This document shows, one piece after another, positions 27,331 through 45,460 of a DNA stretch of 64,000 nucleotides. Source of the stretch: the human T2T-CHM13v2.0 reference genome, Homo sapiens. The stretch lies in the NCBI RefSeq assembly GCF_009914755.1, contig NC_060928.1. One strand, given 5' to 3'. Both the position numbers and the translations under genes were made by a program. Under the pieces are notes generated by a model. It made no database searches, was not told the origin of the DNA, and saw nothing but the letters and a program-made list of their open reading frames with translations. Each line of letters starts with the position of its first letter. Position 1 is the first letter of the stretch.

Positions 27331-29097
27331 ATGTGCAGGCTATAGAGGAGAAGGGGAGAGCAAGAAACACACTAAATCAACCTTTTTGTTCCTCACCTGA
27401 GAAACATAATGGCATCCTACATTCCAGCTTGTACATCATCCCTTAAAAAGCTCATTGAGAAGTTTGGTCATGATCCTGTCCTTATCCCAGAGCTCTTGGG
27501 AAACCTTGCCATTAACTCTTACAATTGCTCTACCTGCTCATTCACTCCTGGGAAAATGTCAAGATCTTTTTCCTTTTGTGGAACAGAGGCTACAGTAAAG
27601 GCACTTTTCTTTTACTGAGACTTTTTCAGAAGGGTTTTTTTTCCCTCCTACTATTCCAAAGATTTTATTTTAGACTGCAATGGAAAGCACAAAGAGGCAT
27701 TCAGCTCAGGCTGCAGATTGCTAGAAAACCCTTCACATGCCACAGAAATTAGAGAGGCAGCCGCACTCATCAGCAATAGTGTATAAATTTGGAAGGAGTG
27801 ATTTTATAAAATCAGACCATTTTAGAATGAGGAGAAACATTAGTTCATCCTCTTCATCTGCAAGACGAGGGGACTGAGGTACTTAGGGTCTAATCTTTGA
27901 CTACTCAAAGTGCCTCACTTTTCTCATCTGTGAAGCACCGGAATGACGGCACGGTGACTGAATTAACAACAGGTTGGTATTCAGGCGCTGTGCTGTTCAA
28001 GAGCGGGTGCTGCCTCTTTGGAAGGCCCTGAACCCAGCTGCCTTCTCCATGCTGCTGAGAAGTAGCAGAACTATTCCCATGCAGCCCTGGTCCCAGGCCT
28101 CCTTCTCCCTGGATTCCCAAGGTGTAAATCCAGATAGATGACCTGGCTGGTCCCAGACCACCTCATGATTACAATTCTGAGTGTTATTTACTCGAAGAGC
28201 ACATTAAGCACACACCTGTGGTGAGGAATATTTAATGCAGATGTTTGGGAAGCAGCTTTGCCAAAATTATCAGAAAATGTATGTGAGGAAATTAGCCTCC
28301 TGGTCCCTCAGTGGATATTATATCTTTTATTGTCTTTGTATTTTGAAGTATTTTCTTTTTTAAAGATGAGGTTTTAAAGGACTGCTCCACTGAGGGCATG
28401 GGAGAGGGAGAAGGAGGGAGAGAAGAAACCAGAGAGTAAAATAACAGAAATGGGGATCCCACCTGCAATAACCTGAACCAGGTGGAGCCCAATCTTTCCA
28501 CCACTGCTCCACAAGGAGCTGTGAACAAGAGCCATGTCTGGACAGAACAGGAGCTTGGAGTAAGGAGAGATTCCTGGATGCTATAAGAGGGAGACATAAA
28601 AGATTCGGGATACAATAAAGAAAGATGGCTTCTCCCAGTGGGCCAGGCTGTCTAGAGAGGGTGGACCCAATGGCATAAAGTGGTAGGAAAAGACACTGAC
28701 ATTCAACTAATGTAGAATTAACCATTAGGACCAGCCAGTGAGGAGTCTCTGGTGAACAAAATAGAGCAGACCAACCAAGCTCCAGAGAGCAGGACTTCCA
28801 GGGCCAACAGTCTTCCTGGCAGACTAAAAGAGGAAATCTTAAAAGATCTGTAGGTGCCAATGTAGAAAATGTCAAACTTCTCCAGGAGAGAAAGAAAAAT
28901 GATTATCTGGACTGAGCCTGCAAGATCACCACAGGAGAGAAAGGTACTTGGGAAAACATTACAGAAAGATGGCCTGCGAGGGTGGCATGGGGCTCCTCTC
29001 CACCATTTTCAGGAGGATGAATCCAAGTAGTCCTTGGGGGCTATGGCATGGAACTTTCAGTTGGGCAATAAATACGGCTAGTTTCTTTTTTGATTCA

Positions 29098-29488
<391 letters not shown>

Positions 29489-30480
29489 AATGGTCTGGGA
29501 AGGGGAAGGGGACAGGAGAGCACACAGAATGAAGGGCAAAAAGGTGATGAAGGTCACTTGGCCTTTTAGCGCTGAAGGACACGGAGGGTTGTCTCTAGCC
29601 TAGGGAAAGTGAGTGAGTAAGTATTCTACTTGAGCTAGCTGGCAACTATATTGGGGTTTAGGGTATGGTGCAAATAGCCTCTGCCTGGCTCTGCGCTCTA
29701 TGCAAATGTTTTCAGGGACTTCATGTGGGTGTGGATGTAAAGAGAGAGGAACGCACACCCTGCACAAGCAATTGTGTAGAGCAGTTCCCAAGAGGAGTCT
29801 TAGCGAACCTGAGGATGAACCTTAAGTACCCCATATGCAGAAAGATGAGAGAGGAAGATGAGAAGGATCAATGAGCCCCGTCACTCCACACAGTCTAGTC
29901 TAGCATCCAGCCTAATCAGACCTGGAGAGCGAGAACTGGCCACATAAAACAAGAAGGAATCCAGGAACGTGTCGAGGAATTTCCCACACACTTTAGGAGA
30001 GGGAAGACAGGACTATGGATGATGACTCGCTGCCTTAAGAATGTTGTATGGTGTCTGGAATATTTGCTACATCCCTGTGGCTGATTGTTTTCCTCATTCT
30101 CTTTCCCCATTGTGAGCAGCACTGGAGTCCTTAAACATGATGTTTTATGAGCTGCAGGAAATGAGAAAGCCAGAAAAATAAAATATAACCCAAAAACCAG
30201 ACTTAGATTGGGAAGGAGAAAAAGGCCCCAGGGAGAAGCAGAAGATAACTGCTCAGAAGAAGAGCCTGAGGGTCAGGCTGAACCTCTGGAGCTTTCATAG
30301 CTTGGTGAGAAGGGAACCAGTCAGAGGTATGAGGAGGGACACAAACGGTGAGAACGCAGCCCTAGGCTATGAGAAGTCATGAGTGCTGGTCTCAATACTG
30401 TATCTACCTCTGTGACTGAGGGCGAGCCTTCTCACCTCTCCGGGTCTACTATGATCAGTAAATCAGGATGCTGGCCAGAG

Positions 30481-30700
30481 CAGTGGAGTACCAAGATGGG
30501 AAATATGAGAGTGGTCAGCCCTGGGTGCAGGAAATGAGGAGTACATTGTCATTAGAAAATTTTTCAACAATAAAACAGACTCAGCAGTTCTGCTTTTTAT
30601 TATCATCATGCACAGGCAATGGGAAGCAATGTCTGTGTTAAAATGCTCCTCCCTACCAGGGTATTGTATCTTATTCCCCCATCCTCTTTGGGATGATGCA
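30481..30700 (+). mobile_element. Arthur1A-like hAT-Tip100 MITE
   Basis: cagtggagtaccaag...gccctgggtgcagg...aataaaacagact...ctgctttttattatcatcatgc matches Arthur1 5' end as recalled. Confidence 0.7.
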
Positions 30701-30827
30701 AGGCCAGAGAGCCCTTAGTTGGCAGGAAGTCCATGGAAGAGCTTTCCAATGCCACTCAATAATTACAAACAATTAGAGCTACACTAACACTGAAACACGG
30801 TATTGCTGAAAAAATTAAGAGAGGGAG

Positions 30828-31250
30828 TGTAGTAGGCTAAAGAATGGCCGCAAAGATATCAAATCCTCATTCCTGGAACTAGCAAATGTTAGTGTATTTG
30901 GCAAAAACTTTGCAGATATGATTAAGGATCTTCAAATGGGGAGATTATCCTGGATTATCTCTGTGGGCCCTAAATGCCATCACAAGTATCCTTATAAGAA
31001 AGAGACAAAGGGAGATTTGACACAGACAGAAGAGAAGGCAATGTGGCTGCTTCAGGCACCCACCAGGAGCTAGAAGGGGCAAGGAACAGATTCTCCCCTG
31101 GCTCCTCCAGAGGGGCGCGGCTCTGCCAAAACCTTGACTTCACACCAGTGAAACTGATTTCAAACTCTGGCTCCCAGAATGGCACAAGAATACATTTCTG
31201 TTATTTTAAGCCGCCCAGTTTCTGACAATTGGTTACAGGAGACGAATACA
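30828..31250 (+). mobile_element. MLT1C/D MaLR solo LTR
   Basis: TG...CA termini; gggagattatcctggattatc, gaacagattctcccctgg, ttattttaagcc. Confidence 0.85.
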
Positions 31251-32749
31251 GGTAGTACCACAATCAATGCAGAATATCTTCTTCAAGGGGGATTATGGTC
31301 TCCAGAGAAAGGACTTTCTGTCATTCTATGGCTCACTTCAATCTGCCTCCTCTCCTTGGAGTCCAATATCCCAGAAGTTAGCAGAAAATACTACAGATGA
31401 AGCCTTGTGAACACAAATCTGGAAAAACAGCTCTGACAGCTGTTTTTGCCCCCAGTAACCTCTGGCAAACTCTGCCCCACAGAAGATGGTGCCTTTGGGA
31501 CATGAAATTCGAATTTGCCACCAGACCAGAGTTCCTGCAGTTCAGAGATCCCGCCTGGGCCGGTGTTGGTACTCAGAATGACATCCTGGTCGATTCCTGG
31601 GAAGCCTCCCCAGTTGGCTTTGCTACTCATTCTCTAGGTCTGGACGGTCCCCTTGGTAAACATCTTTTGTGTGCTGTTCGGATGGCAGATCATTTATTCA
31701 TTGCATGAAGCATTTCATTAGTGACCTACTTTCTCCCTCCACACATCACAGAAACCAAAATCCCTGCTTAAAGTGAAAACCGAATAGAGCCAAGGGCCCA
31801 AATAAACAGATTGTGTTTTAAACCCAAATGGGCAGAAGCAAAACAACAGGCTCACCTGGGCTTGACTTCCCCCTTTAAAAAAGAAACTTAAAAAGCAGTA
31901 AAATGCCATACAAAATACTGGTTAATAAACTTACTGAAAATGTGAGCTGCCCCTGTAGTTTATCCTTGTTGTGCCTCATGTATTCAGCCAGCATGCTACT
32001 AGAAAAAGCCTATCAGTAATGAATTCATGCGAATCAAAACATGGTTTAAGTACATTAAGGAAGAGTTTCTCACTAAGGAAATCTCCCCGCGAATTCTTTT
32101 ATAACGTGAGGGCTCCATTTTTAATTTATTTTTGATGAAAATCTGGATTCTTCCTATCATATTTGCTTAAGAAGAGGTGCAGATTTACAAGTGCAAATTC
32201 AAGTGAGTTCTGCTCCACTGCCAACGTTAATTGCTGTCCTTCTTTCAAGGAAAGGTAGGATTCTAAGCCTCCATTGTGCCACTTTTGCAAGCATCAACTT
32301 GCCTGGCCTTAGGAGAGTTCCAATAGCAATTTCCACGTCTTATCCTCAGAGCAAGGAATATTAGGACCACTGAGTCGGAAAAATCATCAAGGGTCCCACA
32401 GTACAAAAATGCACCTAACTTCAGGAGGAGGGGAAGTTTTAGTAAGAAAATAATAAAAGGTGATATTGATACAAGAGAAAAACTCAAAATACTCTAATTC
32501 TATAATATGAGTAGTTATAGAAATAAGACAGGGGAAGAAAAAGACCTGAGACAGACATATAGGGAGAGAGAAAGAAGGGAAGAAAGAAAACCAAAACAAA
32601 ATAAGAGAGTTCAATGAGAAAAATCAAATACTAGAAATGTTCTGATTCACATATATTCATTACAGATAGGGCTTTTTCTAGCAGGAGAAGAAGGTACAGT
32701 GGGTTCCGCATATGTATAAAATCTCCTTTGTTCCTGGACCTATGAATTT

Positions 32750-33351
<602 letters not shown>

Positions 33352-33366
33352 TAAAACTACCTCCTA

Positions 33367-33680
33367 GGCTGGCACAATGGCTCACCCCTATAATCCCAGC
33401 ACATTGGGAGGCCAAAGCGGGAGGATCACTTGAGCCCAGGAGTTCAAGACCAGTGTAGGCCATATAAAGAGACTCCAATCTCTACAAAATGTTTTTTAAA
33501 TTTTTTAAAAATTAGGTGTGGTGGTGTGTGCCTGTATTTACCAACTACTCAGGAGGCTGAGGTGGGAGGATTGCTTGAGCCCAGGAGTTTAAGGATGTAG
33601 TGAGCAATGATTGTGCCACTGCTTCAGCCAGGGCAACAGAATGAGATCCCATCTCTAAAAAAAAAAAAAACAAAAAAAAC
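33367..33680 (+). mobile_element. AluJ
   Basis: ttgagcccaggagtt in both arms; downstream aaaactaccccct repeats the upstream TSD. Confidence 0.92.
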
Positions 33681-34159
33681 AAAAACTACCCCCTGGTTTC
33701 ACCGGTTTTGAGGGTTAGGATGAAAAATAAACAAACAAATAACAATAACGAAAGTACCACCTGGACTACATTTGCACAATGTCTTATAATTTTCAAACAA
33801 CCTTCCCTTTTGATTCTCACAACATCATGATGAGCATGTCATTTTACATATGAGTACACAGAGATTCCGTTTGTTCCCCACCCAGGATTTCTCAGCTGGA
33901 AATTCAGAACCTGACTTCAGGGCAAGGGCCTCCTGGTTCCCAGAAAAGTGTCTTCCCCATTATCATTCTGAAATATTATACAAGGGGTTGGGGGCACAAT
34001 GCACGCTGGAATCCTCACATGTGTCTTTCATTGTGTGTAGGCAAATACCTTGAATTCATGCCCCTCATTCATTTGTACTAAATTATGCTTATAACCTGTC
34101 TTAGCTCAGGCTGCTATCACAAAATATCATAGATTGGGTGGCTTAAACAATAGACATCT

Positions 34160-34474
<315 letters not shown>

Positions 34475-35424
34475 CTATTTCTCACAGTTCTGAAGGCTGG
34501 GAAGTCCGAGATCAAGGCACCAGTAGACTCTGTCTGGTGAGGGCTCTTTTCCTGGCTTAGACAGCCCCACCTCCTCAATGTGTGCTCATATAGCCTTTCC
34601 TTGCTTGGTGTGTGCTCGTGGAGAGAGAGAAAGGGGGATCTCATGTTGCTTCCATTTCTAAGGGATAATCCCATCATGGAGGCTCTATTCTAATTATCTA
34701 ATTACCTCCCAAAGGCCCTGATATGGTTTGGATCAGTGTCCTCACCCAAATCTCATGTCAAATAGTCATCTCCAATGTTGGAGGTGGGGCCTGGTGGGAG
34801 GTGACTCAAGTATGGGGGCAGATTTTTCGTGAATGGTTTAGCACCATCCTCTTGGTGCTGTTCTCAGGATAGTGGCGAGTTCTTGAAAGACCTGGTTGTT
34901 TAAAAATGTGTAGCACCTCCCTCCTCTCTCTCTATCTCTCTCCTGCTCCTGCTCCTACTCCTACCATGTGAGACACTTCACTCCCCCTTTGCCTTCTGCC
35001 ATAACTGTAAGTTTCCTGAGGCTTCACCAGAAGCCAAGCAGATGCCTGTGGTGCTGGTGGTGGTGGTACTGCTGGTGGTATAAAAACCCATGTACTGGAT
35101 AAGCAACGGCTTCCTGTACAGCCCACAGAACCATGAGCCAATTAAACCTCTCTTCTTATAAATTACCCAATCTCAGGTATTTCTTTTTTTTTTTTTGAAA
35201 ATGTCTTTTTATTATTATTATTATACTTTAAGTTTTAGGGTACATGTGCACAATGTGCAGGTTAGTTACATATGTATACATGTGCCATGCTGGTGCGCTG
35301 CACCCATTAACTCGTCACTTAGCATTAGGTATATCTCCTAATGCTATCCCTCCCCCCTCCCCCCACCCCACAACAGTCCCCACAGTGTGATGTTCCCCTT
35401 CCTGTGTCCATGTGTTCTCATTGT

Positions 35425-39263
<3,839 letters not shown>

Positions 39264-39311
39264 TTATTTTGCTCGTTAGTTGATGCAATTTCTTCCTAGC
39301 ATCGATGGTCT

Positions 39312-40328
39312 TTACACTTTGGCATGATTTTGCAGCGGCTGGTACCGGTTGTTCCTTTCCATGTTTAGTGCTTCCTTCAGGAGCTCTTTTAGGGCAGGCC
39401 TGGTGGTGACAAAATCTCTCAGCATTTGCTTGTCTGTAAAGTATTTTATTTCTCCTTCACTTATGAAGCTTAGTTTGGCTGGATATGAAATTCTGGGTTG
39501 AAAATTCTTTTCTTTAAGAATGTTGAATATTGGCCCCCACTCTCTTCTGGCTTGTAGAGTTTCTGCCAAGAGATCCGCTGTTAGTCTGATGGGCTTCCCT
39601 TTGTGGGTAACCTGACCTTTCTCTCTGGCTGCCCTTAACATTTTTTCCTTCATTTCAACTTTCGTGAATCTGACAATTATGTGTCTTGGAGTTGCTCTTC
39701 TCGAGGAGTATCTTTGTGGTGTTCTCTGTATTTCCTGAATCTGAATGTTGGCCTCCCTTTCTAGATTGGGGAAGTTCTCCTGGATAATATCCTGCAGAGG
39801 GTTTTCCAACTTGGTTCCATTCTCCCCGTCACTTTCAGGTACACCAATCAGTCGTAGATTTGGTCTTTTCACATAGTCCCATATTTCTTGGAGGCTTTGT
39901 TCATTTCTTTTTATTCTTTTTTCTCTAAATTTCCCTTCTCGCTTCATTTCATTCATTTCATCTTCCATCACTGATACCCTTTCTTCCAGTTGATCGCATT
40001 GGCTCCTGAGGCTTCTGCATTCTTCACGTAGTTCTCGAGCCTTGGTTTTCAGCTCCATCAGCTCCTTTAAGCACTTCTCTGTATTGGTTATTCTAGTTAT
40101 ACATTCGTCTAAATTTTTTTCAAAGTTTTCAACTTCTTTGCCTTTGGTTTGAATTTCCTCCTGTAGCTCGGAGTAGTTTGATTGTCTGAAGCCTTCTTCT
40201 CTCAACTCGTCAAAGTCATTCTCCATCCAGCTTTGTTCCGTTGCAGGTGAGGAACTGCGTTCCTTTGGAGGAGGAGAGACGCTCTGTTTTTTAGAGTTTC
40301 CAGTTTTTCTGCTCTGTTTTTTCCCCAT
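39312..40328 (-). CDS. L1 ORF1p, intact 338 aa RNA-binding protein
   Basis: MGKKQ...NHAKV at full length; REKG, ARR and YPAKLS motifs retained; expression unknown. Confidence 0.9.
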   Translation of the reverse strand: MGKKQSRKTGNSKKQSVSPPPKERSSSPATEQSWMENDFDELREEGFRQSNYSELQEEIQTKGKEVENFEKNLDECITRITNTEKCLKELMELKTKARELREECRSLRSQCDQLEERVSVMEDEMNEMKREGKFREKRIKRNEQSLQEIWDYVKRPNLRLIGVPESDGENGTKLENPLQDIIQENFPNLEREANIQIQEIQRTPQRYSSRRATPRHIIVRFTKVEMKEKMLRAAREKGQVTHKGKPIRLTADLLAETLQARREWGPIFNILKEKNFQPRISYPAKLSFISEGEIKYFTDKQMLRDFVTTRPALKELLKEALNMERNNRYQPLQNHAKV

Positions 40329-41768
40329 CTTTGTGGTTTTATCTACTTTTGGTCTTTGATGATGGTGATGTACAGATGGGTTTTTGGTGTGGATGTCCTT
40401 TCTGTTTGTTAGTTTGCCTCCTAACAGACAGGACCCTCAGCTGCAGGTCTGTTGGAGTTTGCTAGAGGTCCACTCCAGACCCTGTTTGCCTGGGTATCAG
40501 CAGCGGTGTCTGCAGAACAGTGGATTTTCGTGAACCCCAAATGCTGCTCTCTGATCGTTCCTCTGGAAGTTTTGTCTCAGAGGAGTACTCGGCCGTGTGA
40601 GGTGTCAGTCTGCCCCTACTGGGGGGGGTGCCTCCCAGTTAGGCTGCTCGGGGGTCAGGGACCCACTTGAGGAGGCAGTCTGCCTGTTCTCAGATCTCCA
40701 GCTGCATGCTGGTAGAACCACTGCTCTCTTCAAAGCTGTCAGACAGGGACATTTAAGTCTGCAGAGGTTACTGCTGTCTTTTTGTTTGTCTGTGCCCTGC
40801 CCCCAGAGGTGGAGCCTACAGAGGCAGGCAGGCCTCCTTGAGCTGTGGTGGGCTCCACCCAGTTCGAGCTTCCTGGCTGCTTTGTTTACCTAAGCAAGCC
40901 TGGGCAATGGCGGGTGCCCCTCCCCCAGCCTCACTGTCGCCTTGCAGTTTGATCTCACACTGCTGTGCTAGCAATCAGTGAGACTCCGTGGGTGTAGGAC
41001 CCTCCGAGCCAGGTGTGGGATATAATCTCCTGGTGCGCCATTTTTTTAAGCCTGTCGGAAAAGCGCAGTGTTCGGGTGGGAGTTACCCAATTTTCCAGGT
41101 GCCGTCTGTCACCCCTTTCTTTGACTAGGAAAGGGAACTGCCTGACCCCTTGCGCTTCCCGAGTGAGGCAATGCCTCGCCCTGCTTCGGCTCGCGCATGG
41201 TGCACTGCACCAACTGTCCTGCGCCCACTGTCTGGCACTCCCTAGTGAGATGAACCTGGTTCCTCAGATGGAAATGCAGAAATCACCCGTCTTCTGTGTC
41301 GCTCACACTGGGAGCTGTAGACCGGAGCTGTTCCTATTTGGCCATCTTGGCTCCTCCCCCTCTAAACAGGCAATCTCAGGTATTTCTTCACAGCACTGCA
41401 AGAATGGCCTAATACAGGCCCCAACTCCAAATACCATTGCATTGGGGATTGGAATTTCTTGAATTTTGGAGAGGCAAAAACATTCAGTCCATGCGTACAT
41501 AACCTGTGAACAGATTCCATGGTCTTTCGGAAGTTTTCCCTAGGGAGTATCACAGTTAAGGACTAGGAAAGGCCATTGGCCAATGCTGATGTGAAGTGGT
41601 CCAATCAGGGGAAAGAAAGCAGAGGAGAGGGCCTCAGCCTGCCCTAGACAGAACTGCAAAGTGTGGGGAGTTTATTCCAAATCCTCCCATCCTTGGACAG
41701 CATTCCTTCTCCTACAGAGAAACCCAGGGTCCCCCATCACCTGAAAACTACTGTTTTATTTCCTCTCG

Positions 41769-42427
<659 letters not shown>

Positions 42428-42510
42428 TCAACTTAAAAATAAACTCATTTGCTTATCCAGTACACAGGTCCTTATACCCCCACCACCACTACCACCACTC
42501 CATACAGAAA

Positions 42511-42925
42511 CCCAGGGTTTTTCTGGTAAATGTTCTACAAGCCGTTCTCCAAAAAACAATACAGCCCTGATTTGTAGGATTTGCCATTTCCATGATGCAA
42601 ATGCTCTCATGGCTAATTTCAAGCTACCAGTGTGACATCACTGAAGGCAGAGGGAGGAAAAAATGTACAGTGGCATTTCTACCGCACAGTACAATAGTCA
42701 TAAACAGCCTCGAGGCACAGACCATCATAAAATGTGTAACATTAATAGGAAATGATGAGCTTTCAATATTTACTAAACTTTGTTTCCAATATAATTTAAT
42801 TATAAATTTATATAATTTAATTCTTAATAACAATAGCTATGTTTAACAACCAGCTCCTGAATTTCCTGAAAATTTAATAACGGGCTCTCTTCAGCCTGTA
42901 TGGACTGACCACTGCAAACAACTGT
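42511..42925 (+). mobile_element. MER63B-like hAT-Blackjack element
   Basis: ctggtaaatgttctacaa...gccctgatttgtagga...atttcaagctacc...catcactgaa; tgtttaacaaccagctc near the end. Confidence 0.75.
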
Positions 42926-44081
42926 CCATCCCATCTACTCCCTACCCAGGTTCTGCTTCTGGTTTGCTAATGTAGCTGCTAATTGGTGGCATTTTTATGA
43001 GACCCAAAGTAGTCACTGCAATGGTTGAATTTCAGGCAACTTTGCAGATTGATGAAGTAGATGTTTCTTGAGCTCCTCTCAAATTATGTCTTTTTCAGTA
43101 GTGGACTCTGCCACCAGATAGACAATGGCCTCAGGCAGTGTGCCATTTTGTGGTTGCTACCCCTGCATGTCACATAAGCTGGTGCGCATACCCACAAACT
43201 CAACGTGACCCCCAAATACAATAAAAACTGAAAAATCCAGCCAACCACTTGCTTTGGCTGCACAATGCCAAAAGACTGATATAACTAAACTATTGTTCTC
43301 CTCTGAATTGACTGAGTATGTTAATGTTGTATAGACAAGGCTGTATTCCTCAAAACAGCCATGCACATAACACCTATCAAGCTCTTTCAGAAAAAGTCTC
43401 ACATAGTCTTGAAATAGGAGAGGGAAAAAGCAAGCTGCCTGCTCTGCTCAAACGCCCTTGACTAGAGGTTTAACTTCCTCACTCTTCTTTCCAAGCACAC
43501 AGTATTTGAAAAAAAGGACAGCAGAGCCTGCAAATCCTCTCATCAAAGAGGCATTGACTTTTAATTTTACAAATGTGGCTCTTTCCCATAAGGAATAGAG
43601 AGAATTCATTAGTAATCATACTCCAGAGACTTATTCCTTCTGCATGTTTCTTTCTTCTGGCTATCATATAATTACACCCCAGATCTCTGATTACAGAAAC
43701 TTTTCCCCTTAACTGCTATATAATTTTAGAATCTCTCTTTTTCTATTCCCTTCTTTTCCAGTAGGTCTTTAAAAAGAGAGGAAACAGGAAATTGGCAAAG
43801 ATAGTATGTGAGTAGTTACCAGTGCAGTTAGGCCTTCATTCCTGGAGTCTCTGTATCTATAGGTGAAAGCAAAGGATAGGAGCACTGTGCTAATGAGATA
43901 AAAAGCGTCCCCAGAAAACAGCTCTAATGTGCCTACTTCTTGCAGTGGGGCAGAAGCCATCTAAATGCGACCCTCACATACAAATAAAAGACACACTGGA
44001 AGGAAGTTCATTTAAAACATGAGATGCTACATAGACCTGTTAATTGCCACATAATACCAGACATGTAAATAACTTCACATG

Positions 44082-44363
44082 GGCCCGGTGCAGTGGCTCA
44101 CGCCTGTAATCCCAGCACTTTGGGAGGCAGAGGCAGTGCAGATCACCTGAGATCAGGAGTTCGAGACCAGCCTGACCAACATGGAGAAACTCCTGTCTCT
44201 ACTAAAAATACAAAAATTAGCCGGGTGTGGTAGCACACGCCTGTAATCCCAGTTACTTGGGAGGCTGAGGCGGGAGAATCACTTGAACCCGGGAAGGGGG
44301 AGGTTGCAGTGAGCTGAGATCACAACATTGTACTCCAACCTGGGCAACAGAGTGAGACTCCGT

Positions 44364-44395
<32 letters not shown>
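44082..44395 (+). mobile_element. AluSp/Sq
   Basis: full dimer with long A tail; cttcacat on both flanks. Confidence 0.95.
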
Positions 44396-44399
<4 letters not shown>

Positions 44400-44949
44400 C
44401 ACATTTCACAACCTGCCCTCAGCACTGTTTTACCACCTGCTGAAAATGCAAAAAGAAAGGATATGATGTGAATCAGCAGCCTTATGATTGGCCTTATGGA
44501 AATCCTTCCTCTGTTCTCATGGAAGCAAGGCCATTGCCAAAGCCACTCTCTGTGGGAAAGTGCGCCCAGTATGGGTGTTCAGTCGTGGACTCTGCTACCA
44601 GATGGATGATGGCCTCATGCAGTGGCAAACCATTGTGCCTCACGGGGTGCCAAACCATTGTACAGTGATAGGCCCAGGTGTGTGAAACAGGGAATGAGTG
44701 CTAATTGAAGAAAAAGCAGCCTCTGACGAGGGCTCCTATCTGCCCGCAGCAAATGCCTAGCTCTGCTCCTTGGAAGAACAACAGAACATCTGAGCAGTTG
44801 CAGTCTCTCTCCTATGCACACACACTTATCATTTCTTATTTTCAAAAAGAAAATTTCTCCTTAGCTTTTTGTTATTAGTCTCCAGTGATGAACAATAGGT
44901 GGGAAATTCTGAGAAAATAAACTGCTGAAATTATTATTCACTCCTTGCT

Positions 44950-45460
44950 CCAGATTGCTCTGCGAGCTACGGATTGCACGTTCTGCATTCGGTGACTAAG
45001 GCCTCGTCCCATGTGTTTTCCCAGTTCAATCAACTGTGCTAAGAACTGTCACAATAGCCCTTGACGACAAGAAAATAAAATTTAGGGTAGAATGGAGAGC
45101 CTGACTTGCATTGTAATTCTGGTCTGCACCTGTTTTTTTCCCCCTGGTTGACAATGTTTGCGAACCTTTTCATCCACCTTAATGACAAAAGAAAAGGAAT
45201 GGGTTATTTTTCCAGTTTGGATAATTGCTTCTGAAACGTTGTCACAATCTTCCAAATGACAATATTTCCTTCATGTCAGACGACTGTGATTTCCGGGCAG
45301 CACAGGTTGCGGTTTTGTTAGGGTTCTGGTCTGCTGCGAGCCTTGGGAGTTTTGTTTTGTTTTTTGTTTTAGGTTTTTTTCTCTTTTTTTAAGAAAAAGA
45401 CAAAGCAAAACCAAGTAAGTCACAATGATAACTTATGACAGAAAAATCAACATCTGAATC
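44950..45460. promoter_or_regulatory. Candidate TALE(MEIS)/SOX enhancer
   Basis: seven TGACA/TGTCA and five ACAAT in ~400 bp of unique sequence, often fused. Confidence 0.45.

Noticed and set aside
41574-41606. Palindromic double CCAAT (CATTGGCCAATG) 200 bp from the L1 5' end
   Set aside because: Single short palindrome with no other promoter evidence.
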